The notes beneath the pieces are model-generated. The model had not been told where the DNA came from and ran no database searches. It saw nothing but the letters and a program-made list of their open reading frames with translations. A DNA stretch of 63,641 nucleotides, counting the filler, from Octopus bimaculoides (Eukaryota): the NCBI RefSeq assembly GCF_001194135.2. It is 7 parts of 6 records of this genome, joined end to end, with 100 filler letters (N's around TTAATTAATTAA, not from the genome) between each part and the next. Parts side by side here need not be neighbours in the genome. Positions count along the whole stretch, not along the records: positions 1 to 21,760 come from NC_068981.1; positions 21,861 to 28,465 come from NC_068999.1; 5 more parts are not named here. One strand, given 5' to 3'. The position numbers and the translations under genes were made by a program. The first letter of the stretch is position 1. Each line of letters starts with the position of its first letter. Positions 12,655 to 24,596 of this stretch are shown here, in pieces.

Positions 12655-14190
12655 ATTACTGCATACCTCTCCCGCCTTTGCTCCAGGGAGTAGAATCTTA
12701 GTTGTTTCAGCCTTTCCCAGTAGGTGTGCTGTTGAAAACGGACGATCTTCTTTGTGAAGCTTCGCTGGTTTGCTTCAAGATCTGCTGTTATTTACACACT
12801 GTTTGGTAACCATAGCTGGGAGCAGTAATCCAGGCAGCTGAGGACGAACGTCCTACATAGGACCACCATGGTTTCCTTATCTCTGGTTCTCAATGTTCTC
12901 AGAATTCATCTAGCCAGTCATCAGCTCTTTTTTGCCATCCAGGCAATGTGCACTTGGAGAGTGGTATCATCACTCAGGTCGATACCCAGGTCCCTTACTG
13001 ATTTAGGCCCTGGGATTGAAATTCCAAATGGACTAGTTTACTCTGTAAATTTGATATTCACTTTTGGACGATCTTAGCGCAGGGTTTGTAATTTTGCCAG
13101 CATTAAACTGCTTATTATTATCCTCAGCCCATCTGTAAATTGAGCCCAACTCCTGCTGCAGACGTACTACATCGCTGGGGTTCTGTATTATCTGCGAGAC
13201 TTTCATGTCGTTTGCGTAGCTAGCAAGGGTGGCTATCCGGGCAGTTGAGGGCATATCTGAGCGGACCACTATGAAAACCCGTGCTCCCAAGACAGTACCC
13301 TGTGTAACACCGCTCACCATTTGTGTTTTCATGGACATGGCTACATTGGCCACCATTGCCAGACGTCTATATTTCAGAAAGTCATGTACACACTATCCAA
13401 GTTTCCCAGCTATCCCGAGATCACGCAGTTTGTGGCATATCATACCATGATCCATTTAGTCAAAATCTTTTGCAAAATCAACGTATATTACGTCCTCATT
13501 TGAACTGCTGAGTAACTGCCTGAACACCCAGTAATAATGTTGTAAGAGCTGAGTCAGCAGCGCCTGCCTGGTTGAAAGCCACGCTGGGTATCGCCCAGCA
13601 AGTCATTTCTTCATGGAATGCGATTATATCTGAATATCCGCCCCATAACTTTGCTGATGTATGAAGTCAGAGAAATAGAGCTATAGTTTTTGGCATCTGC
13701 TCTGCTTCTCCCTTTATGGATGGGCATGTTATTCCTTCCTTCAGCTTGCTTAGCAGTCTGCCATTTGCAAGAAAGCTCTGGAAGAGAATCTGGAGGGGCT
13801 TTGCCAGGGCAGGCTTTCACTATTTGAGGAGGATTGCTAGGGAAACAACAGGACCAGCAGTTGAGTTTGCGTCCACCTCATCTGTGGCTAGTAGCATATC
13901 TTCTCCGCTAATGTCGATGTTTTCCTTCATAACTGCCTCGCTGGTTGTAGGTGAGGCGGCAAAGAAATCCATTGCTTTGTTCACTTGTCTGTGTTCAGAC
14001 GTTGTAGTAAAGACACTTTTCAACTAGTTATTCAATACGTCTCTGATCCTGGTTGGACTCTCTGTGAGGGAGCCATCCTTTTGGAAGAAGGGTCCTATCT
14101 TGCAGCGTAATGAGGATGTTTCTTTCGCGTAATGAAAGAAGGTCTTTGGGTTTGACTTAATGTTTTTTTTATAACCCAGGCCTACTTTGT
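12655..14190 (-). mobile_element. Decayed CR1/L2-like LINE, RT domain and C-terminal region
   Basis: Minus-strand peptides: NIKSNPKTFFHYAK..IGPFFQKDGSLT; PIHKGRSRADAKNYSSISLTSYISKVM; SGVTQGTVLG....SYANDMK (decayed YADD); and YWERLKQLRFYSLEQRRERY at the left end. Many stops and frameshifts. Confidence 0.93.
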
Positions 14191-14892
14191 CTGTTATAAA
14201 TTATTTGTATGTGTTTGTGTGTGTAGAAATTTTGCACTCGAAATCCAACAGTTTACAGGCTACTACCGAAAAATAAACTCAGTTTCATGAAATGATCTCT
14301 TACTTGGTGTAAAGAGTAACATATTAAACAAAATACTAGTTGTGTCTATCCATGTATTTTATTTCAAAATCATTTTCAATGTAAGAATATTGTGATGGCA
14401 TGAAAAATGCAAATTATATCGGTCTGTTTCATAGTATGGATACGCTATAAATATGATAATTAGTGGAAACAATTGTCAATAAAAACAATAATGGTAGAAT
14501 ATTTCATTTGCGTCTATAAAACTATAAAACCTGCTATAAAATACATTTAAATGGATTTGTGCAATTGTAGACAATGTTTCAAAAACTCAGCTAAACACAC
14601 CTGCACAGACACAACACGCACAGACAACGCACGCACACATATGTTCACTCTGTTATTACTCTCCAGTATATATTAATGAACAAAACAGCACAAAAAATGT
14701 AAGTGCATTTTAATCAATGAAAATTACTTTTGGTAACAAAACAAAGGTGGTTCGATTGCATACTCTAACTCTATACTAAACAATATACTTTCTGAGGCTT
14801 TGGTGCCTGGAAACGTAATTGCTACTCTTCCATATTGGTTACTTGTTCCAGCCTTTGAATCTCAATCGAAGGGAACGATACTTTTTGGGGGA

Positions 14893-15883
14893 AAACATAG
14901 TACGTATTCTATCGGTTCTTTTCACAAAGCGCTAGATTACGTGGATATAAGCTAACGAACGCGTACATACATACTTATATACATATCTACATTGATACGT
15001 ACATACAAACATACATATAGATACATGCGTACATTATATATATATATNNNNNNNNNNNNNNNNNNNNNNNNNNNNNNNNNNNNNNNNNNNNNNNNNNNNN
15101 NNNNNNNNNNNNNNNNNNNNNNNNNNNNNNNNNNNNNNNNNNNNNNNNNNNNNNNNNNNNNNNNNNNNNNNNNNNNNNNNNNNNNNNNNNNNNNNNNNNN
15201 NNNNNNNNNNNNNNNNNNNNNNNNNNNNNNNNNNNNNNNNNNNNNNNNNNNNNNNNNNNNNNNNNNNNNNNNNNNNNNNNNNNNNNNNNNNNNNNNNNNN
15301 NNNNNNNNNNNNNNNNNNNNNNNNNNNNNNNNNNNNNNNNNNNNNNNNNNNNNNNNNNNNNNNNNNNNNNNNNNNNNNNNNNNNNNNNNNNNNNNNNNNN
15401 NNNNNNNNNNNNNNNNNNNNNNNNNNNNNNNNNNNNNNNNNNNNNNNNNNNNNNNNNNNNNNNNNNNNNNNNNNNNNNNNNNNNNNNNNNNNNNNNNNNN
15501 NNNNNNNNNNNNNNNNNNNNNNNNNNNNNNNNNNNNNNNNNNNNNNNNNNNNNNNNNNNNNNNNNNNNNNNNNNNNNNNNNNNNNNNNNNNNNNNNNNNN
15601 NNNNNNNNNNNNNNNNNNNNNNNNNNNNNNNNNNNNNNNNNNNNNNNNNNNNNNNNNNNNNNNNNNNNNNNNNNNNNNNNNNNNNNNNNNNNNNNNNNNN
15701 NNNNNNNNNNNNNNNNNNNNNNNNNNNNNNNNNNNNNNNNNNNNNNNNNNNNNNNNNNNNNNNNNNNNNNNNNNNNNNNNNNNNNNNNNNNNNNNNNNNN
15801 NNNNNNNNNNNNNNNNNNNNNNNNNNNNNNNNNNNNNNNNNNNNNNNNNNNNNNNNNNTGTGGGTGTGTGTGTGGGTGTGTGT

Positions 15884-15922
<39 letters not shown>

Positions 15923-16082
15923 CAGCACTCTCCTTTCATTTTCTCCATACTAAATCCACTCACAAAGCCTTGGTCGGCCTGACATATATCAGAAGACGCT
16001 TGCCTAAAGTACCATGTTGTCGGGTTCAATCCGGAAGCTTGTGGTTTGGTAGCAAATTTCTTAACACATTGCCGCACCTGTT
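14893..16082 (-). mobile_element. SINE family B copy spanning an assembly gap (3' remnant 14893-14965, head 15925-16082)
   Basis: 15950-16075 contains AAATCCACTCACAAAGCCTTGGTCGGCC, matching the reverse complement of 62440-62475. 14893-14950 matches the family's TAGTAC.TATTCTAT..G.TCTTTT 3' block. The internal microsatellite falls in the gap. Joining the two halves across the gap is inference. Confidence 0.6.
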
Positions 16083-18011
16083 TTTATATACCTATGTCAC
16101 TTTAACGATTTCAGCTACTTGAGCTGAGATATCAAAATATCCGCGTCGGTCATTGTGATGCCAAGCTATTTGATCAAAACATTGAATATATTAGGGAACA
16201 GTAATACATTAACTCACCTTAGTTACTCAAAGGAATTAGCAAACTCAATCTAAAATACTCCTGTTCTCTTCTAAGATGGACGTCGTCTCTGCAGCGTTTG
16301 ATAGACATATCTGAATATAGCGTGGTAAAAATTGGAGGTATGATAGACCAAGTAGCTGTATCCATATCATACATCATAGTTGCAATTTTAACAGCAGCAC
16401 AGTTGAATCGTTCGACCATTAATCATAGCAATCACAGGAGTGCTCAACTGGCCTCCGCTAAATTCTTTGGAAAGGAAACTTCAAGTATTACTCCACACCC
16501 CTACTCTGCTGCAACAGAACAAAATAAAGTATTCATGTTTTTAGCAAGTTGTATGTGAATGTGCCTGCTAAGATATCTGATTGTTCGCAATATGTTGATT
16601 ATTGAAAGCCAAGCTGAAAGGGATCTTATTTATACGCCGCGCTATTTTATGATATGTTAACATAGTAATGTTTACCAATCTTGTTATGACAGTTTTGTGC
16701 TATGTTAATATAGTAATTTTTCAATCTTTTCATGATACTTGGCCAATAAGTAAAGCAAAAGGTATCTGCCAGATGCTTTCAGGCACGTGATGTCGTCTCT
16801 GATTACTTACAATACCTTGTTCAATTAGAATTCTAGAAATAAACTGAAGAAGGGAGCTTAAACCATCGATCAATAAGAATTAATAAGAAACTGAATTTCA
16901 AGAATATTCTACAAATATCCAAAATGTTTAGAAAATGTTGGAAACGACTTGAATATTCAAAGGTTTTATGAGGTTTTTTTTTTGGGTTTTTTTTCTCTGA
17001 TTGCAAATTCGCCATGGATCAATCTTCAATGGATGTATCATTTTTGTATAAGGGACATTTGAACAAAGTGTGAATCAAATGCACACTTCGCATATACGAT
17101 ACAGACAGTAAATAATTAAGTTAGTGCTGATAAAAAAATAAAATAAAAGGATTTTTGTTACATTGGGATATGTATCACCTGTATCGAAAACTCTAAATAT
17201 GATAACATTGTTTGGCCATAAACAAACGAGCACACAAACATAATATGTATGCCACGGATTCTAGCAAAACTAGAAACCAACAATTAAGTATTACTCTAGC
17301 AGAATAAAATTCCTAATTAAGGCAGACATGCAATAACGATATATGTAATCATCATAAACCAAGAATATATAAACAGGTTCACACTTGCGAGAATGATAGT
17401 AAACTCAGAAGAACCAGACTCAAAGGTAGATAATATTCACAACACGGTATATCAAACAGATATTCAGATCAAAGTCTACTTAATTGATATCACATTGGTG
17501 TCGACTGTTGGGGAATACGATTCAATTCAGTAGTATTAGCAGTGTTGAAATCATAAACACAACCTGGTTATTAATATCATAAGTAGTAGGAGCAGAAAGT
17601 GTGCGTATTATGTCCATTACGTCTACACCCACATTTTATTACAATTACCAACATCGAATATACACAAATTCGTATTAAAGTATGATTACAATGTTGGAAA
17701 TTAAAAACCAGTATTTATAATCGAAGAAACCTCTCCCAGAAGAGGACATCATAATCTCAAATATTACAGAAGATAATGGATTAAGCAAAATGTTCTCAGC
17801 AAGAAATTCATATCATGTCAAAAAATAACTCAAGGAATAACAAAACTAGAACTTCAAAGTTATGAATTAATTCGCGAACATAGATAACGAGATATGCAGT
17901 TCCACATTCTATACACATTCTAAATAAAGCAACACACCAAAAGAGAAGTAACATTTTAATTTGCCGATGTCGTTTCATTTCCAGCGTTACATTAGTTAGT
18001 TTCCCGTCTTA

Positions 18012-18199
18012 CATAGTTCAACAATGTTGTGATTTGAGAGCGCTGTTCGTGTGACATTCACATTATGGATAAATTCCACATTATTTAGGAAGCAAATGTC
18101 CAACGTGTTGCTTTTATCGGTTAGCCTGAATATAATCTGCTCCATGAACAGTATATTAGTAAGTTCAAGTATTGACTCAACATGATTCTGTCCATGCAG

Positions 18200-18203
<4 letters not shown>
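18012..18203 (-). mobile_element. Short inverted fragment of the CR1-like LINE endonuclease
   Basis: Minus strand reads MFESILELTNILFMEQIIFRLTDKSNTLDICFLNNVEFIHNVNVTRTALSNHNIVEL, homologous to the plus-strand segment 18304-18491. Confidence 0.85.
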
Positions 18204-18250
<47 letters not shown>

Positions 18251-18279
18251 CTGTTATATATGTACATGTTAAATAGCTA

Positions 18280-20570
18280 GAAGGCCATTTCCTCTCTGGG
18301 TTGTCACTGCATGAACAAAAGTATATAGAATCAATATTTGAACTAACTAATATGCTATTCATGAGGCATGTTATAGTCAGGCCAACCAGGTGTAACAGCA
18401 CATTGGATATTTGCTTCATAGATAATGTGGACCTTATCCATAATGTGAAGGTGACACGAAAAGCACTCTAAGACCACAAAATTGTTGAACTCACTATGTA
18501 TTGTTCTGAGAGAACTGCTGGTATCGACCCTATCAGGAGGATTCAAGCGTTATCCAATCCGAATTTACATAAAGCAAAATAGGAACCAATCCGCAAAGAA
18601 ATACATAATCGAAACTGGTCCAACATTCAATGTATCCAAGACATTGACTTGAAACTCAGTCAGTGCTGGCTATATGCGCTAAATATTCCCAAGAAGGTGA
18701 GGCCAGCACGCTGACAAAAAAGATTGCTAGGGACAGAAAAATCCTTATGGGGCAAAGGTCAAATGTCTAAATACGGCTGAATAGGCATCGGACGGATAGG
18801 GAGAGTTCTGTCTTAATACGGACACTACTAGAAATCGAAAACAAGTTCAAACTCTTTCATGAAAGGCGAAAATCAGAAACAGAGAGAGAAGAGAACCATG
18901 GAGCCAAAACTTTCTATAAATTTGCAAAGAATCAGCCGCAATACAATGTAAAAGATGACCGTTTTACCAAGGGAATGACGCTCTGACAGGGTACCTAGGA
19001 AGGATAAGTGAGATACTCAGTGAATAATTTAATTGTATTTTCACTTCCTCTTTTGGGCACATGCAGATACAAAAGAAATCTGGCTGAATTCTTTGACATA
19101 GCAGCTCTAACATGTGAGGCGCCAACCATCGATTTCATCAACAGTGAGGAGACAGATGTAACATTCACCATAGGTAAAATGAGCTCATGCTCCGCAACTG
19201 GTCCTAATGGCTTCCCTGCTGTTCTTCTGAAGTCATGAAGCTGGCTTTGGTGAAACCACTGCAGCTACTCCTACAAAATTTCCTTGCAAGTGGTAACTTC
19301 CTAAAAAGCTGAAAGAAGGTATTATATTCTCTATCCACAAAGGTGGAACCAAAGCAGAGGCCCAAAATCACAATCTAATCTCTCTGACTTCACATATCAG
19401 TAAAGCCATAGAGCGAATCATCAGAAAGCAGTTGATAATATTCCTAGAAGAAAATAACCTACAGAAGAAAATGACCTACAGAATAAAATGACTTTCAGCA
19501 TGGGCTCCGTCCAGGAAGAGGCTGCCTTACACAACTCCTACAGCAATATAACTGTGTTTTGAAATATCTGCTTAACCTTTTAGAAGTCGGCGAGATATAT
19601 CTTGACTTAGCAAAGTCATTTGGTAATGTTGATCACGGCATGATATGCCATAAGCTACGAGACCATGGCATTGCTGGTAAACTCGGAAAGTGGCTGCATG
19701 ACTTCCTTAAAGACAGAAGTCTGGTAGTTGCTACCAATGTTGCCCTTTCTGAGAAAACTCAAATCCTAAGTGGCATCACCCAAGGAACTGTTCTGGGGCA
19801 ATTACTGCTCATAATAACTCTCTTAGACAGACCCACGATCATTTGGACAGCCAATGTCACTAGCAATACCGATGATACAAAATTATCACTGGCAGTAAAA
19901 AAAAAACAAGATGATGTCACAAACTGACAGCGACACCTGAATTCGATACAACTCAACCGAAATAAACATCATGCAGTTTAATGCTGGAAAATTACAAACT
20001 GCATATACAGGATTCGAAGGCATTACTAGCCCAGAGTCACAGTCAGTGAAAGACTTCGTGATCAGTATGTGCAATGACGCATCATTTTGTGTGGACATCA
20101 CCAAGTTGGCAGTAAATTGGAGACAACTGGCAGGTTACTGAGTTCCTTCAAGACAAAAGAACAAGAAACTATGTTGATCCTGTAGAGAAAGTTTGTTCAC
20201 AGCCACCAAGATTACTGCTCCCAGTTATGGTCACCAATATATTGCCAAGCTAATAGCGGAGCGTGACGCAGTTCAACATCACAACAGTATGACTAAAACA
20301 GTGCAGCAAATGAGCTATAGAGATAGGCTGAGCTCCCTGGAGCAAAGGCTTGGGATATATGCAATGATCTATACATGGAAAACTCTAGAAGAGCTAATAA
20401 CCTATTTCGGCATTGGGTGTTATACAAACATCAAAACTGGGCACCATTGCATAGTACCAAAAGTACCATACACTCCATCTAAGTACAGGAGATGGTGCTG
20501 TAACATTCTTCTGTTCAAAGGCCTACCGCTCTTCAATGTCTTGACACAAAACTTAAGACATCTGTATGTG
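18280..20570 (+). mobile_element. Decayed CR1/L2-like LINE: endonuclease C-terminus, RT and C-terminal domain
   Basis: Peptides: TRCNSTLDICFIDNVDLIHNVKVTRKAL*DHKIVEL (APE TLD..SDH motif); GPNGFPAVLLK; IHKGG....NHNLISLTSHISKAIERIIRKQL; FQHGLRPGRGCLTQLL; IYLDLAKSFGNVDHG; SGITQGTVLG...NTDDTK; SYRDRLSSLEQR. Multiple stops and frameshifts. Confidence 0.95.
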
Positions 20571-20571
20571 T

Positions 20572-20764
20572 AGGCTTGGTTTTATGGTGTGAAAGTTGTT
20601 GCTACCCCAGGGTTGTGAGTCTTGATAAATGGAGTTAGTGTTCATTAATCTTTTTCCTTTGGTATAACATAGTTATGTGATGCCCAGTTTCATCGCCTTT
20701 TTTAATTCCATCGTTTATTAATTCTAAGGGGTATTTCTGTTTTGTTAGGAAGCCTTTGATCTAG
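20572..20764 (-). mobile_element. Penelope-like element fragment (post-RT linker region), cut by a gap
   Basis: With two frameshifts the minus strand reads IKGFLTKQKYPLELINDGIKKAMKL...TPFIKTHNP, matching the PLE pattern FLxRxYPxxLIxxxIxKA...IPFxxTHNP. Confidence 0.6.
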
Positions 20765-21413
20765 NNNNNNNNNNNNNNNNNNNNNNNNNNNNNNNNNNNN
20801 NNNNNNNNNNNNNNNNNNNNNNNNNNNNNNNNNNNNNNNNNNNNNNNNNNNNNNNNNNNNNNNNGTCAGGCAATTTGAATTTGAATGACAGAAGTTGATT
20901 GTAATTACTGTAAGGTGGGCTGCGATTAGTGGAGGAAGGTTAAGGGTTCTTGTGACTTGATGTTGATATGTGTGTAAGAGTTAGTTCGATGATACCGCGT
21001 AGTGAACGGGAAATTTACAATTACCAATCCCGAATTTTATCAACCCTCAGCGAATACCAATACCCAAAGCTTAACAATTGCCAAAGCTTACCAATCGTCA
21101 ACGGTCGTTTCGCTCGTGCATACTTACGCATGCGCGCACGAATGCGCATGTGCACGCTCACACTGGTATACATGTGTACATGCATTCGAATATACATATG
21201 TACATATGAATGAATACGCATTTTCTGTCCATGCATGTATGAGTGCGCATGTGTGCGTATGCCGGTGTAGGTCGTTGCGTGTGCGCGCCAGTGTACAGAT
21301 GCGCACGTTAGCATCAATACACACATGCACAGAAAACCAAATGAGCGCGTAGACACACCCACATATACAAGTATATACTTGCAAATGCATCCCTTCCTAC
21401 TTCCCCATAACAG

Positions 21414-21467
21414 CCTGAGCGGACCACTTCCTGTCGCCACGGAGATCAATTTCCTGTTCACCATAAG
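21414..21467 (+). CDS. Candidate 54-nt exon (LSGPLPVATEINFLFTI or PERTTSCRHGDQFPVHHK); unverified
   Basis: Acceptor atcccttcctacttccccataacag| and donor AAG|GTATTT. Length is a multiple of 3 and two frames are open. Confidence 0.25.
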
Positions 21468-21713
21468 GTATTTTGCAGCTGTTACCCATATACCAACATG
21501 AAACTGCGACACCGCGTGACATTTTCTCGACGAAACACAGCCCAGCTTAGAGTACTAACAATGAAATTCTGCCATTCAAATTCAAAATAGCATCACGATT
21601 GAAACTTAAGTGTACCAACCAGATTTGATGAAACTGCTTTGATCCATACATGTGACTTCCAATAAGTTTGTTGAGTGACCTTCATTCGTTTCTCCACTCA
21701 GTTGTGTGTGTGC

Positions 21714-21760
<47 letters not shown>

Positions 21761-22598
21761 NNNNNNNNNNNNNNNNNNNNNNNNNNNNNNNNNNNNNNNN
21801 NNNNTTAATTAATTAANNNNNNNNNNNNNNNNNNNNNNNNNNNNNNNNNNNNNNNNNNNNCGTGCGTGCTTGCTTGTGTGAAATGAAGTGATGTTTGCCA
21901 CAGCGCATCTAAGCTTCACCTATTCCTTCCGTGATCATCTGTTTTGTCTGTATGCCCAAGACTGCATTGCGGCATGGTCGCTTTGAAGACGATAGAAAGC
22001 TATCCGATTGACATATATCCCCTGTAATTAAACAACCAGAAGAATTCCTAAGTTGGTCATACGTTTGTACGATATTAGTATGTAAGTCTGATAAATGGTA
22101 CATCAGGTTTTATTATTCAAGTAATATTAAGGCGGGAGATGAACAACAAACGAGGAGACAAAATGTTGATTGTATACATTTGCATACATATACACTTACA
22201 TGCATAAATTTCATACATCTCTCTCTCTCTCTCTTTCCCAACAAACACACAAACTTACGCGCGCGCACACGAACACACAAGCTACTGTATGTATAAGAGT
22301 AGTTATACGTAGATTAGCAAAATGTCCTTAATATATAGGCTACTAAATCGACGCGATTGTTTTGAATTTTTCAAGTTAATAAATTACGTTTATATTTGCA
22401 CAGCTGACACCGGGTTTATTTTCCTTTATGAATTCAAAATGTGATCTAAGCCGAGATTTTAAAGAGGTCGATCTTATTCAAGTAAGCGGTACATTTACAC
22501 TATGCTCTTTCTTTGTTACCTTCTTAGCTTTCTAAATGTTACTGAATCTGTCTGTCTGTTTGTCTGCCTATTTGTCTATCTATCTATCTATCTATCTT

Positions 22599-22639
<41 letters not shown>

Positions 22640-22664
22640 GTGCATGTATATATCTCTCCCTCGT

Positions 22665-22703
<39 letters not shown>

Positions 22704-22924
22704 ACGCGCACACACACACACATGCACGTATATACGTGTATGTATGTATGTATGAATTAATACAAACTATTGAGTTGGAGGGGATATCTACAAACACCTG
22801 CTGCTTGTAATGTTAACCAGAGGGGAAATACTCTTCTAACCATATACTAGTTAATTCGTAAAGAACATGGTATTACAATACAAAATTTTCTTTTGAAATT
22901 ATAGAGATTTCATGCCAACGATGA

Positions 22925-23150
22925 GGTTACTGGTGTTGAAACCAAGCGGAGATTGACAATGGGAAAAACATACATTCTAGGACAGTTTAATACACCGTAA
23001 TTGTGAGGCATGAAACGAACGAAGGAAGATGCTTAAGAGTTTTAAATAATGCAAATGCTAAAGAGCTCCCGCGAAATTAGGGAAGACAGACAAGATACTG
23101 TGACTGAAGAAACTCGACATATTAAGGTATATGGGACGTTGGTGGTAGGG
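22925..23150 (+). mobile_element. Highly decayed RTE-type LINE fragment
   Basis: VETKRRLTMGKT resembles the RTE EIKRRIxxGKxAF motif. It is followed by decayed CEAW..KML.SF and LRYMG (LxxxGH) motifs. Confidence 0.4.
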
Positions 23151-24482
23151 TTATTAAAGTAATGCGTATGAGAAGCGCAAAATCAACGGAGGATATGAAA
23201 ATGAGACAATATACTTTGTAAATTGGAATCTGTTATGAGTCGATTCCTCCTCTGAGTTGTGAAATATATGCTTCGAGCTTCGTTATATATCAAACGGTTT
23301 CTTTGAGATATATCTTGTAAGGCTGGAAAACGTTCTGGCTGCACACAAATAATCTTTTTTTTCTTTTTTTTTCACAATATGGCCTGTCACAATAGTCCTG
23401 CTCCTCCTTGTAGATGCAGAAAGGTGACAAAAGAAAGTTGCTATCTGTTTTATAGATTATAACAAAGGGCTACAGAGAAATTGAGCTTCTAATTAGTGCC
23501 AAAAATTGACAGCTGCCGGTGGATTTGAGGAATGGTCTCTCATTCACAAATTAGGTCTGTAATAAATAGCACTTACATAGACCGCTGTGAAGAAATAAGT
23601 TTTGGTGTACGAAGAACCTAACATAAAAGGATTCAGTAAAATATGAGACGCGCGAAAATCACAGTTTAAGGTGCTTCTCATAGAGGTAAGAAGCCATGAT
23701 TTTAATGCAAGCTGCATTCTGCATTATTTGGTAAGCGACAGAAATCCTTATAGGAATTCTGTTTTAGAGCATAATACTACATTTCAGAGATCATGATGTG
23801 AAGCATGCTGGACAAGTTTCCAAGAACCATGCTGCTGCTCTTGTCGTGTTTATTCAATTTTTATTAAACAGTGGGTCTGTTGCACGACAAGCGTAGAGCA
23901 CGTATCACGTTAGTTTATTGAATTAAGATTATTGTTGAAAGTGAAGCTGAACTATCGTTGGTGGTTCGGTTTACCTTCATGTCATACTTGATCAAGCAGA
24001 GACAATGAACTAGTCTTTTCCAGCAATGACTATCTATTTTCTATCTGGTGGGGTCCGATCCAAATCTATAATTTTACGTTGCACACAAATGTAAGTCAGT
24101 TGAACGAGCTTTCAAAAAGATCTCACGGATATCGCGAGCATAGCGAAAGAGAATTTAAAGATACACGATTTAACAGCATTTATAGCACAAACTCAAAATA
24201 AATTAACTGTTGGAAAAGAAATTTAACACTGAATACCAAAATGGTATTAAGATTGGGCTAATTTATCATTGCACGTTCGTTGGTCAATAAAAGTATTGTC
24301 TTTGTGAAGAGACAATTCAATACAAAATATATAAGTACATTTTCCTGTCAAGGATTGTTGATATTAGTTCCTCCGTGCTTAAGGTTTACAAGGTATTTGC
24401 GCATTAAAATAGAGAGTAGGTGTGCCTGGCCATCGCCTATTATTTATGTATATACATATATACATATATATATATATATATG

Positions 24483-24525
<43 letters not shown>

Positions 24526-24561
24526 CCATGTATGTATGTATATATATAAATNNNNNNNNNN

Positions 24562-24596
<35 letters not shown>

